Source of the DNA: Octopus vulgaris
Lineage: Eukaryota
Length of the DNA: 64,000 bases
Direction: 5' to 3'
Assembly: GCA_951406725.2 (NCBI GenBank)
Contig: OX597821.1
Coordinates: forward strand, 12,090,001-12,154,000
Numbering within the stretch: the stretch's first letter is position 1; every line of letters starts with the position of its first letter. The translations under genes were made by a program, and so were the position numbers. This document shows positions 51,270 through 64,000 of the stretch, piece by piece. The notes beneath the pieces are model-generated. The model was not told the origin of the DNA. It was given only the letters and a program-made list of their open reading frames with translations, and ran no database searches.

Positions 51270-51770
51270 TCATCGCTCAAAATTCATTGGAAAGAGCTTC
51301 CAGGATACACCAGTCATATTAACAAGTTCGTCAATTGTTCCGTAATCGTCCGCCAAGATTATTTCATTAATTTTCATGTTATTTTCATTCGTTCATGAGG
51401 TCGACGGACATCCTGATTGCGGTTGATCTTTAAATGACATGTGACCCTTCCTAAAGCGTGAAATCCCACTCGTAAATTTGTGGTTAGCTCGTGGCAGCGT
51501 CATTGTAAGCTGTTGCAAGCACGGCAACTGTTTCGGCTGTCGTTATCCCAGCAGAAAAGAGAATTCCACGGAAGCATGATGTTCTTTCGTTTCAGCCATC
51601 ACAAAATTCAACGAAGAGGAGAGAAGCACTGCAAAACAGAAATGCACCTTCACTTCGACAACGCCGGGTGGCAGACTGATGCCCGAGGGTCGCATCAAGT
51701 GGGTTCTAGCGGTGGAAGCCTGAGCTACAACGAACGTGTCCCACAGAGAACGTTTATTTTCAAGTGTACG
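51270..51770 (-). mobile_element. Mariner 5' fragment, same family as 46213-47089
   Basis: Reverse-strand match to ttctctgtgggaca...gttgtag.tcag and the transposase N-terminus. Confidence 0.75.
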
Positions 51771-51883
51771 TATATGCTAGTGTATATGGACAATATATAT
51801 TTTATCTACCTTACGTCACTCTCCTTCCGATATTTAAATGTTTTAATCAAACTTCAGCTTAAAGAGAAAATAGAGAATCAGGA

Positions 51884-52056
<173 letters not shown>

Positions 52057-53084
52057 ATTTGTATATTCGTTGATCTTCTACAGGCAAGATGATAAAATTT
52101 ACACTTTAAATTATTTATGCATGTCAAAGGCAACCTTTAATAGAAAATATATTCAGTTTAACTACAAAGTGTGTTTCAAAGAGTTAGAAAGCTATTAAAT
52201 TTTAACTCTATTTTCATTTTCAGAAAATTAGATGTTATTATTTTAAGCACTTTTTAATTAAGTAAATATTTGAAATTTAGATTGTCTTTTCAGCGAAGAG
52301 TAAATAAACTTTTACTATTTTTCTAATACCGTTTAATTCAAAAATATGTAATTGCATATTCTGAAAACTCATTATACACTTGGTAAAACTCTTACACTAA
52401 GGTGCTTTCTGCAGAAATAAGTTTTTTGTCGAAGGTTTTCATTTCACCATGATGATGGGCTTTTGCGAATGACATAGATTAGATTTGGCTGCTACTTCTA
52501 GCAGGTCATGTAACTACGAAACTTCTCAGCTATCTGAATATATGTTTTGTGTCTTAATCATATATTTGCAGACGATGATAGCCAGAGGCGTTTTTATCTT
52601 TTACATAAATTTAAAAAAAAAACATTATTGAAACGTTTCAATGGTAAATGATAAGTTTCAGTAAAATATTTTTATAAGTAAGGAGAGATTTCGTTACATT
52701 TTCTTGTCAGTGATTGTTGTAAATCAAAATATATCCAAAGGAAAACAGTATATTTATCTTGCAAACAGTTTACTTGATTGTGATACTGACTGGATTTTTA
52801 TTCTAATTCATCTGTCAAAGCTTTTAAACAAATTTTTCGCTTATTTCCACTTCTTTGACTTTTACCTTTTATCACACAGTGAAATGCCATAAATAGGCAT
52901 AAAATATTGACGGCCATTTGCAGTAGCCTTGGATGAATAGAGAATATTTGACCAAAAATAAAATACAAAATTTGTTTCCTATACGTTTCCTGGGATTTCA
53001 ATGAGTAAATTAACTGAATTCAACGTTAGACATTTCATTTCTCTAACTATATTAGTTAAGTATCATTACGATTTGATTATAGCA

Positions 53085-53404
53085 GAAGGCCGGGAAGACA
53101 AACAGGGAACTATTAAATTAGCTGCCTCGCACCTAGAACATTGTCAGGCACTTACAGCCCCCTACCAGTCGGGCAATGGAATCGGTGGATGCTCTGCTTT
53201 AGAAATTTATGGAGGATTACTGGCGGAGAAGAAGTGGGATGACGTTCTTGAGGAGAATCTGGGCACTGACGAAAACGAACTGGATAGTCTGTACCAGAGA
53301 ACTTTCCTGTCGGGAACTATCATTGATAATTTCCAGATGTCCTTGGCCTGGCAGTGATACCAGACATCGCTACAGGTTCGAAACAACTCTACAGGCATGG
53401 ATAT
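53085..53404 (+). mobile_element. Tx1/L1-clade ORF2 internal fragment
   Basis: IYGGLLAEKKWDDVLEENLG...DNFQMSLAWQ*YQTSLQVR resembles the post-RT region preceding the zinc knuckle (W+..++.L.VR). Confidence 0.55.
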
Positions 53405-54982
53405 GCGATAATGCTCTTCTCAGTATGTGTGACATACCACTTAACACAATATTTTACACTTCCTGCATGGAAGGTAAGCCAGGGTACATTCTTAATTTTC
53501 AGTTCCTTTTTTGATCATTGCAAGTGCTCCTACAATTACTGGTATTGTAACCATCTTGAGCCAACACATCTTTTCGATTTTTATTAGCAAATCTTTATAT
53601 TTTCTGAGCTTATAAAAATTCTTTAGTCGATATACGTTCACAGGTCAATCAATAAGCACATTTTATCGTTTTGTTCTTTCACACCAATAACTGGTTCATT
53701 TGCTGCGATGGTCCTTTCTGTACATACTAGGAAGTCCCAAAGAAGAGTTGCATTTTCTCCCTCAGTTACAGCCTCAAAGTGGTGCTTGTACCATATGTCA
53801 GCAGTCTTGATTTTCTAATGCCGAAATATTATCCAATGAAGATATTGGCCAACTCTATCGCATCTTGATTTATACTCCACAGATGCTAGAATCTTTCATC
53901 CACAGATTAGTTCGTCAAGTGTTTCTATCTCTTCGTTGCAGTATCGGCACTTTGGGTCTACACCATTTTTCATCACATTGTCTTGATAGTCAATACGCTC
54001 TGATCTTGGGCAGCCAAGATTAAGCCTTCGCTCTCTGCATTTTGTCCTGAGCTCCGTAGTCACTGATGGGTGTGCTTCTGGTCTACATCAGCTTGTTTGC
54101 TACTGACCACCTATTTGGCATGCAGAGATTTTTGTACACACTTATCAGACAATTGTTCAAACGCATTTTGCTTTGCTATTGATTTCAGCTTCTTTGCAAC
54201 TATAGTTGCTGCACCTCCCTCATGCTGTCCAACCTGGGTATTATGCATAAACTCACTTGGAAACTCTTTGTTTTTTTTCATAACAGAATGAAGCTTCTTG
54301 CGTCTTTCATGGTTTTCAACGTACTTTAGCATCCAGTCTTTATATGTTTCAGGATATTTTGCCAGTCTAGTTGTGGTAGTTTTTTAGGAGATCCATATTG
54401 GATCAAGCCTCGACCTCCTTGAGCTCTGGGCAAGTAGAGACAATGTCCCTCTGTCTTTGGGTGGTGCATCTTATTGAAAGTCAGCAACTTACGGATTTTC
54501 CTGTTAATCTTCCTTATTTTGCTCATATTCAAGTTCAGCACATTAAAACTATAAATAACCGGAACTGCTAAGGAATTTATAGCTAACACCTTGTTACGTT
54601 TATCTAACTCGGATTTTAGGACTCCTTGAATTCTCCGGCAACAATCCTTCCTCATCTTGTCTTTCATACTTGCATGCTGAATGCCAAAGCCCTCACTTAT
54701 TTCGGGGTATTTGCAAGTTTGTTCATGCTAGAGTTCTTTTATACAGTGTCAACATCGAACACCACTGAATATGGAGTCTTCATTTTCCTTTTGTCGAATG
54801 AGACGTTGACACACATTTATCAAGACCAAATTCTATCCCAATGAAAGTACTGAATGCTTTCACAGTACGCTCTAGTCATTGAAGCTCATTATTGTCTTTG
54901 CTATAGAGTTTTAAGCCATCCATATACAATAGATGGCGTATTTTTTTGTCGCTAATTTTGTAAGCATGACCTGTTCTGTTAA
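53405..54982 (-). mobile_element. Older R4/Dong-clade retrotransposon (RT through RLE)
   Basis: HLLYMDGLKLY (RT YMDD region), NKVLAINSLAVPV, LYLPRAQGGRGL, LLWDF, TIPVIVGAL, HILRRALS; many frameshifts; abuts (GAA)n(TAA)n. Confidence 0.88.
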
Positions 54983-54983
54983 G

Positions 54984-55097
54984 TTCTTCTTCTTCTTCTT
55001 CTTCTTCTTCTTCTTCTTCTTCTTCTTCTTCTTCTTCTTCTTCTTCTTCTTCTTCTTCTTCTTCTCCTCCTCCTCCCCCTTCTTCTTCTTCTTCTTC

Positions 55098-55135
<38 letters not shown>

Positions 55136-55157
55136 TATTATTAGTATTATTATTATT

Positions 55158-55211
<54 letters not shown>

Positions 55212-55215
55212 ATTA

Positions 55216-55246
<31 letters not shown>

Positions 55247-55247
55247 T
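54984..55247. repeat. (TTC)n(TTA)n compound microsatellite
   Basis: Direct reading. Confidence 0.95.
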
Positions 55248-55350
55248 TATAATAATAGCAATCACTTTTTGATAAGAATGCACCTTCTCTATCAATCTGT
55301 CTAAATGATATTCAAAGAATTATCTAGGACAAATTATATAACTTGCTATG

Positions 55351-55430
<80 letters not shown>

Positions 55431-56021
55431 ATAATTCTTGTAATTTAGTAGAAAGAGTTGCGTCCACGTAAAGTTCATGTAAAAATCCTTTAATGCACGT
55501 TTTGTACACACATTCTCTCTTTATTTTGTCTCTACCTTTACCTATATCGGTCTATATATAGGTTTGAATGTGCCTGTGTATTTGCATTGTGGATATGTGT
55601 GAGTGTGCGTGTGCATTAGTGTGCGTGTGTATATGTGTCTTTCCTGAAACCAGAAGTCCATATAGCCGGTTGCTTTGAGTACTAGAGGCAGAGAAAAATG
55701 TTTACCCTGAACGAAGCGCCTGTACATTGCAGAATTCACAGCCAGCAATCATGGGAGGAGGGTACATTGATTACATTGATCCCAGAATTTAACTGCTACT
55801 TTATTTTATCGATCTCGAAGTGATGAATTGGGAGCTTGACATAGGGGAGGAGTGTTTCAATTCACAATGTAAAAATCGAAAGCATTTCCGCTACGAATTT
55901 TGTACGATGTTCTAATGATTTGCATCAGTTCAAAAGTTATTACTAGATCGAATATGCCACTGGCATATATGTACTGGTACTTCCACCTCTTTCTACTGAT
56001 TCATATATATATATATATATA

Positions 56022-56062
56022 TTTCATCTAGTTTCAGCTCACGAGCTGTGGCCATGCTGGGG
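56022..56062 (-). mobile_element. Extremely truncated retroelement 3' end inside (TA)n
   Basis: Minus strand CCCCAGCATGGCCA-CAGCTC-GT-GAGCTG-AAACTAGATGAAA, same layout as family A and CR1-like tails. Confidence 0.6.
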
Positions 56063-56289
56063 AAAAATATATATATATAGCAAGACAAAAAAAAAGAATG
56101 AAATAGACCTCCATATTATGTAAATAGAGGAATTTATCCGTAAGTATAATATGTGACAATTATTCGGTAGCCATGATAAAACTCCGATTTTTGGATGTCG
56201 GGGCGGAAATCCACGCCGGCATCTCCTGAGTCATGGGGCCATCGAAAAAAAAGGCTATCTCATATTATATTGTCATATATTATATTTAC

Positions 56290-56335
<46 letters not shown>

Positions 56336-56359
56336 ATATGTATGTATATGTATATTAAT

Positions 56360-57131
56360 TGAATGGTATAGTATTATACATCCATTGATACTGATCTTAC
56401 CAATTACCACCAGTTCCCTAGCTTTGACGCTCACACCTCCAATACTTCTAAGTCCGATAACGGGCTTGACCAGAACATACATACACGCCCTAATTTGGTG
56501 GACATCTGCCTTTTCCTCACTAACGTCTATATAATCCGCCGCAAATATTGTACTCCTACACACACTCCGAACATACAGAATTGTCCCAAAGAATTTTATC
56601 CAAATGTTGTAACAAAAGCAAAAAAGAAAATATACTAACGAACACAGATGTGTATGTGGATTTTGGGCATCCCCTCCGTCCACGTAAATGCTACACATAT
56701 AGTACCACTATACACGTTCCATTTCTACAAGAACCCCAACCCCAAAACATCCATACATCTCCTATTTACTCTTTTCCGGAAAAATCTTGTCGCCTTGCAA
56801 CACAGAGATAGTGTTTTGGTACTGGACATCGCTCTTAACTTATCCTTTCTGGTTCGTTTCATCGTCTTTTTCATAACAACCACAAACGACCGGCTGTATC
56901 TGTTCACCTCCAGCAATAGAGAGCAGTCACCTTATTTCATTCCAGAATAGCCAGTGTGGAGAGCGTAGGCTTAGGTAATCGGACAGTTACCTAACACTCG
57001 AACACCTAGTGCGAAAATAATCAGTAAGATAGGCCATAATGGACATATGATATTGTTCCCTTCGATTAAAATACCCACACTAATCACAATTATACGAGTT
57101 CATTTCTCTCTGATTAGTGGATTGTTAAACG

Positions 57132-57135
<4 letters not shown>
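56360..57135 (+). mobile_element. Possible decayed Penelope-like fragment between (TA)n tracts
   Basis: Ends with gagcgtagg...TAGGTAA-loop-TTACCTA...ctcgaa, a hammerhead-like remnant sharing gagcgtaggct with 34389; coding similarity not convincing. Confidence 0.3.
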
Positions 57136-57176
<41 letters not shown>

Positions 57177-58080
57177 TCTTATTGTTAATAATAATGATTT
57201 TCGACTTTCAAACGAATCGTCCTAATATTACTATGCTGTTAAATTCTTCAGCAGATGAGCGATAAAATAGAGATACATTGGGATTTACAACCCCGTTCTT
57301 TTGTCAATCTATCGTTTCTAACAATCATAAAGTGACGCTTGGTAATATTTCATTTAATGTTACTACTTCAAATTTGTTAAATGTAAAAGGGAAGTAAAAA
57401 TCTCGGCTTTTGTTTTTATGTATTTGCTGAAGTTCTTATCCAAGCAATTGAAGAACATTTTGGAATGGAAGCGAAATGAGAGAATAGAATCGTTTAAGGC
57501 AATATTGTTGACAATTTGCTGACATCTTTCAAAAACTTATTTAAATATCATATAGTGGGATAATTATTAACACATTATTAATTTTAAATGTATATTTAAA
57601 TGTATCATTAAAAATGTACATAAATGAGGAAATATGATTCTGAAGAGGTAATTTTAAATAATATTTTTAAGTTATTGTCCCTGCGTCGATAATATTGAAG
57701 CAAAATTTTAAGATTTTGTAAACTGATTTTTTTCATTTCTTCCTTAAATAGAGTAATGAATCTCTTTTTGAAAAATCTCTTTTTGAAAAATATCTAAGAT
57801 TGTGATAGTTGAGAAAATATAGTGTGTCAAACTGATTAAACAATAAAGATTCAGTGTGAAACATCAACTTAATGGTGATATTTTTGGCCTGTAATATGGA
57901 CGTGTGGCTGGGAAATCATATTCACAATAAGAGGATTTTGTGTTCGATACCACCACGTGAAAACACATGGGTGATTCATTGTTAATGCACTTTCAGGAAC
58001 GTAGAAAATTGTACATAGGTTTACAATGAGGTGCGTCCTGAGACGATCCCACCACCTGGAATTTTGTAATAGAGTGCTTG

Positions 58081-58451
58081 TGGAGGCGCAATGGCCCAGT
58101 GGTTAGGGCAGCGGACTCGCGGTTTCGATTCCCAGACCGGGCGTTGTGAGTATTTATTGAGCGAAAACACCTAAAATCTCCACGAGGCTCCGGCAGGGGA
58201 TGGTGGTGATCCCTGCTGTACTCTTTCACCACAACTTTCTCTCACTCTTACTTCCTGTTTCTGTTGTACCTGTATTTCAAGGGGCCGGCCTTGTCACTCT
58301 CTGTGCCACGCTGAATATCCCCGTGAACTACGTTAAGGGTGTACGTGTCTGTGGAGTGCTCAGCCACTTACACGTTAATTTCACGAGCAGGCTGTTCCGT
58401 TGATTCGGATCAACCGAAACCCTCATCGTCGTAACCGACGGAGTGCTTCCA
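58081..58451 (+). mobile_element. Family C tRNA-derived SINE
   Basis: GGCGCAATGGCCCAGTGGTTAG A box, GGTTTCGATTCCC B box; homologue of 16881-17263. Confidence 0.9.
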
Positions 58452-59297
58452 CCAATTGAGTGCTAAATATGAACCAAACATACAACTTATAGGTTAGACT
58501 CTCTAAATTGCAATGGAAAGCCCACGAGTTCCATACCACGCTATCAAATCTGGAGCAAGTGTGCCATCTAATTGCTTCTATTTGTTCGAACACATCCGCG
58601 TGAAGACATGGAAAGAGAGATGATGAGAATGTGTGCTGCATAAACTGAGCTATGCCTCTTCTTGTGTAGTAAACCCAAAGTGTCAACTGGGCCTTAGTCA
58701 TGTTCAGCAGAAAGCCCTAATTATTAAATAAACTAAAACAAATTCAATATTGCATTCACTTACTTTCCAAGTAGGAAATGCACAGTTTATGGTACTGTCG
58801 TTTCACTATCGCCTAAAATATAATAGATGTCATATTTAATGAAATTGCTGGCCTTGTGCCAAACTTTGAAATCAATATTTAATGAAGTCTACAGTGTTAG
58901 GGCAACCAAATTTTGATGTTAACAACATGCTCTCGCAGCAGTCAATCGCTTGGTAATATGCAGCACACATTCATTAATTGCTTCAGTTCCTTATAAAGCT
59001 ATCAGTATGTAACAAATGCAGAGATTGGAGGCTACACCAGCACGCGGCTGTTACTCTTTAAAACCGAGGAGAGATGGAACAAATATAAGGAGGTGCATTG
59101 CTCAATGACACAACTCACCGCAACCATAGATTCCATGAAATGATGACAATGAAGAGGACACCCTAACCATTAAGCAACGTTGCTTAATGTATATAAGTAA
59201 AAACTTCAGGATAAAATATTTCACACTAAAATATTTTTTCAGAAGTAATCATATTCACTTCTGATTGAAAATAGGAATCAAATCTGATTATTTGTGT

Positions 59298-59510
59298 TTA
59301 CTCTTTTTACTCTTTTACTTGTTTTAGTCATTTGACTGCGGCCATGCTGGAGCATCGCCTTTAGTCGAGCAAATCTACCCAAGGACTTATTCTTTGCAAG
59401 GTTAGTACTTATTCTATCGGTCCCTTTTGCCGAAGCGCTAAGTTATGGGGACGTAAACACACCAGCATCGGTTTTCAAGCGATGTTGCGGTGACAAACAC
59501 AGGAACACAT
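59298..59510 (-). mobile_element. Family A SINE, 3' half
   Basis: Reverse-complement match to family A tail and body. Confidence 0.88.
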
Positions 59511-59577
59511 ACACGCACATAATACATACATACATACATACACACACACATACACACATACACACATACACACACAT

Positions 59578-59645
<68 letters not shown>

Positions 59646-60868
59646 GAGAAAGAAGCAACAAGAATGGATTAGTTTTTAGTACAATTGTGTCATACAAAAA
59701 CAGGCTTTATTAAAAGTTGCAAATATTGCAGCAGATAAAAGTGTCCCGTACTCATCAGCTAAAACACATATGAGTTCTCCAAACATCTTAGTGGGTGAGG
59801 CTACACTCATGAAATTAAACGTACAGCTATTTTGAAATTAAACGTACAACTTCGAAAAAAATGTTACAAAAAAGATTATAAAGTTTGAGTCAATGGAGAC
59901 AAGCTAAATCAAATAATATATTCTAGTACACACTATACTCTTGAGAAATGAGTCGTACTTGCCCGGGTGAATATTTTTAATTGCTGAGTGGTAAAAGTAG
60001 TGATGCTTGTGAGGATTAAATTTCCTCTGAGATTGTTAAGCTTCATGCTTGAAATTAAAAGCCTCCACTGACTATTGCATATCAAACAAATGCAGGGAAA
60101 AATGAGCAGAGGGCTGAAGTGCTGGGAGAGAAGGATGGGGCTCAAGGGTTTATATCAAGTGCAAGGAGTCTGAAGTAAGAAACGTGAAGGGTTATGGACA
60201 AACGTGTGGATAGGGAAGCTTGGCTGGTGAAGATATACCAGCCACTGATTTCCGAGGTGTGGTGGCAAATTTTGGCCATGAAGGAAGGTAGAGTAGAGAG
60301 ACAATAGCATGGTGATTCAGTCTGGAGTGTTCGGTAGTGTGATTTGATTGTAGTAAGTCGACTGGCCTTTCTTGTTCTGCAGCACAAGAGGTCAGTGGGT
60401 GTATAGCACTGTCTATATCGTAGGCCTCGCTTGGGTTTCAGCAACAGTTCGTGGCTGAAATGTCTTTTTTAAATACAAATGTTTAGACATTGTATCAATA
60501 CATAATTTAGTTGAAATGTTGTTATTAATAGAATTATATTCGCAATACAAATAAATATTTACAACATTGATCTGGAACAGTTTCTTTTCAATAATAAGAA
60601 AACTTGTTTTAATGTTTCACGTGGATAACAAAATCGGCGCAAGACAAGTTAAATAAATAATTAATCAACAAGTTTATCTTACGTGTTAAAATGACGCAGT
60701 AGCAAAATAATACAGTGGATTTAAAACTTTTTGAAATTGAAATGCATATATTTAATTAAAACTACTTGCTGACTTGAGTTCAAATTGAACAGAGATCAAC
60801 TTGTCTTTCATTCTTTCAGGTTTATAAATAAAGTGCCATACACTTTCTTACTAGCTCATTCTTCCCCT

Positions 60869-60924
<56 letters not shown>

Positions 60925-62084
60925 TTCTCTTAAATCTTTCAGCAAGAGGTGTACGGTCATAGTACTGAATAGTAAAGTTTATTTGCCAACAGAATGCGGG
61001 GGGTCCTATAAAGGACGATCTTACTGTTGTTTAAGCCCAGGAAAATATCTTTTCCAGCTGGCTATAGACATACAGTCTGTGTCCGTATAGTGTTTGCAAG
61101 GGAGGTAATCGCTCCTATTTCCAGCTTTACGTGATATCCACAGACCATGGTTTCTTGCTGGTTACCCGTCCTCAGTGTGAGGCAAAAAATAATGAAAAAA
61201 GCGGAGAAAATGCTACACAATTACAAATACAAGCAACAAGAAAATAACATGTTTTTCGACTAATTAAGAAGAAGCAAATTGAGGTGGCGTGTGTAGAGTG
61301 AAAGCCTTGAGGCAGGAACATAGGAGGGGAACATAAGAAGTGATATGTATGAGACAGGAATATAAGAGGCACTTCGCGGCCGGCAGTCGAGCCAAGAAGG
61401 AAAGATCGTGCTCAGCCGAACACCGGTCACGTGAAAGGAACAGAGAGAAGTAGAGCAGAGGAAGTGAAGAATTCAAGGGAGATCGAGACAAAGAGAAAAT
61501 CAAATGGAAATAGAGAAACTACATGGGAGATAAACGATGAAAGTAGGTAGATTAAAGAAAGAGAAGGCTAAGATGGGGAGTGGCCAAAAGAAAAGAGGAA
61601 AGAAAGAAGAATGTAAGAGGACTAAAAGAAGGAGTAAAAGCGTCGCACAGAATTTAGATACATACACGGTGAGAAAAGGTGTACGTACGCTGCTATATGT
61701 ATATATCAACCAAAAAATGGAACAAGACTGAAAGCCTTGAGGTGGGAACATAGGAGATGAACATAAGATATGTAAGACATGAGACAGATGCTTAATGTTG
61801 ATCACTAAAGTTGTAAATCAAATAATATATTCTAGTTTGTAAGTTCATCGACATTGTTTAAGAGATTAGAAACTATTTGGTTGGTCATCTCAGTACTTCG
61901 GCATTTTTTTTGTATTTTGTCTTCGAGGTGTGCGTCGATGCGTGTCGCTTGAAATTTTTATACTCAAATTGAACATGACCAATTAAGGAATATAAGGTGG
62001 GTAAACACCCTATAATTAAGTTTGAATTCAAGGGTGGGTAGACACACATGAATACACACACACAAGTATATATATGTATATATA

Positions 62085-62265
62085 TTCTTTTATTCTTTTT
62101 CTTCAGTAATTTGACTGCGGCCATGCTGGAGCACCGCCCCTAGTAGAGTAAATCGACCCCAGGGGTTATTCGTAGTAAGCTTAGTACTTATTCTATCGGT
62201 CTAAGTTACGGGGACGTGAACAGCCCTGTATCGGTTGTGAAGCGATGTAGGGGGAACAAACACAG
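62085..62265 (-). mobile_element. Family A SINE, 3' half, diverged
   Basis: ttgactgcggccatgctggagcaccgcc...tagtacttattctatcggtct. Confidence 0.85.
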
Positions 62266-62304
62266 AAACATACATATATATTTAAATATGTATATAAGAC
62301 ATAA

Positions 62305-62367
<63 letters not shown>

Positions 62368-62780
62368 TATATACATAAAGACTTGTTTTATTTATATTTC
62401 CTGAGCGCTATACTAATACAATTGTTTGTTTTTTTTCCACCTGCCTTCGTCTTTTGTCTATTTTCATAAAGCTTCCCGTTATATATATACATACACACCT
62501 ATAGGATCTTTGTAGTTATCGCCAGTGCATGTCGAAATTTTAAAAATATTTAATGTATCGTATACGTGAAACTTTTGACGCTGAAGCCGTATTTATTATT
62601 TATTCATTCCAGAAAGTTTTCAAATGTTACAGGTGTTGCAAGTTTGATAATTTTCAGAATTTTCAGCCAACCAAAAAACCGCGTGTTCGCTGCCTCTTCC
62701 ATCATCTGTCACAGTAGCGAGAAGGTAATGGTGTGCACCGGATTGTCAAAATAGTAAACAGTGACAAACACTAAAAGATT

Positions 62781-62970
62781 TGTGAGCAAATTAAATATTT
62801 AAAAGCTACGAGCAAACGAACAGGAGTTGCTAGATATAGCAGTCAAAACATTAAAATAAAATATGTGCAAAGTAAACAGTGGAAAACGTTAAATTAGTTG
62901 CGAGCAAATTAAATATTCAAAAGCTACGATCAAACCAACAGTAGTTGCTAGAAATAACAGTCAAAGCATT
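62781..62970. repeat. Direct repeat of about 70 bp, period about 118 bp
   Basis: g.gagcaaattaaatatt.aaaagctacga.caaac.aacag.agttgctaga occurs twice. Confidence 0.85.
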
Positions 62971-63429
62971 GCTTATAACAAACATTTATTAGTTTAAAAA
63001 CACAAGAACGAATGTTTGTAATACACTTCAGTATTTCATAAAATAATTTATCTTCTCACATCTCTCTTCTCTACATAAATTCACAAAGATAAGAGTCAAG
63101 CGCGGAACGGTGTGTCCCACACCGTCGTTTGTTTACACGCTTTAAACTACCCAGGGACTCTCAACTTGGTGGTTACACTCCTTGTGCGCATGCGCAGCAT
63201 CTTTGGTTACTATCGGAACAGAGTTCTTTGCAATCAGCTACGGAACACGTGGTGCTTATTTGCTTAATATGCTAACAGAACTTCACAGTGATGTGTAAAG
63301 CTCTCGCTTCTGATTGGCTAAAATACGCAAATTTTGCAAAGTTTCGAGGCTAATGACTTTTTAGTAATGAATTTATAGGCAAAATGAATTTCACGTAAAA
63401 ATCAAGTTTTATCGTTCTCATCACAAATG

Positions 63430-63998
63430 AAACCCAAGTGTCTTTTTGGTCAACTGAAAGCAGTTCTCGCACAAACTTGGCCGACACGCGTCTCATAATC
63501 AAATCTTCAGTGACAATGAACTGAACTGAACCGTAACTAATCTGCACCTCCTCTAATATCTCACCGATGGTGATTCGATGTTTTCCAATCACGGCTGCCC
63601 GCACATCTGCGATGTATTTCTCAGTTCTTCTGTTTGCAGGTCTCCGAGAACTTTCGTCAATATCAACATTTTTCGGCCATCTACGAAACGTCTGAACCAC
63701 TTATATACTCGTGTTCATCTCATTCACTCCTCTCCATACGCTTTCCGAAATTTTGCTTGAGGCCTCTGAGCAGGTAACGCAATGTCAATTTTCTCCGTCA
63801 CGGGCATTGCGACGATCACACGCTATACACGTTCTTTCCAAGCACTGTGCTGTAATCAGCAGAAGTGAGCTAGAACGTTAAGACTTAGTGTTCATGCACA
63901 GGAGTGTTCAATGTCAATCTGTGCCAAGCGGATTGTCTCTGCATGTTTTAGTTTTTTTATTAAGACAACACTCCGGAAACTTATTAATGAGACCTAGT
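63430..63998 (-). mobile_element. Mariner 5' fragment with terminus
   Basis: HRITIGEILEEVQISYGSVQFIVTEDLIMRRVSAKFVRELLSVDQK (cf. R+V.A+FVP+LL+.+QK); terminus tactaggtctcattaataagtttccgg at the window end. Confidence 0.85.
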
Positions 63999-64000
63999 AT

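Noticed and set aside
53001-53357. 118-aa ORF as a host exon
   Set aside because: Better explained as a Tx1/L1 ORF2 fragment continuing past an in-frame stop
59740-59765. Hammerhead at minus-strand CTGATGAGTAC
   Set aside because: No GAAA or stem III at a suitable distance

Overview
AT-rich, repeat-saturated eukaryotic non-coding DNA (intergenic or deep intron). I could not support any host protein-coding exon, rRNA, true tRNA gene or CRISPR array. Most ORFs in the track are translated microsatellites. The dense (TA)n/(CA)n/(TAA)n/(GAA)n tracts and recurring tRNA-derived SINE families suggest a coleoid cephalopod, probably Octopus; this is recalled similarity, not a database check. Recognisable content: at least five tRNA-headed SINE families (labelled A-E here), LINE remnants (RTE, CR1-like, Tx1/L1, R4/Dong), a full-length decayed Tc1 with DD36E spacing, mariner remnants and a MITE, a Chapaev3-like transposon with TAA TSDs, and two non-autonomous Helitrons. 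Most interesting signals: (1) about ten type I hammerhead-ribozyme-like cores in short Penelope-like modules, many embedded in (TA)n and twice in inverted pairs; (2) a candidate tRNA-headed SINE with a hammerhead-like tail, split by an R4/Dong insertion in its (TAA)n; (3) SINE tails matching the 3' UTRs of the CR1-like and Tx1-like LINEs in the same window; (4) a tandem pair of near-perfect 48-49 bp hairpins. All alignments and folds were done by eye; coordinates are approximate to a few bases unless termini are quoted.
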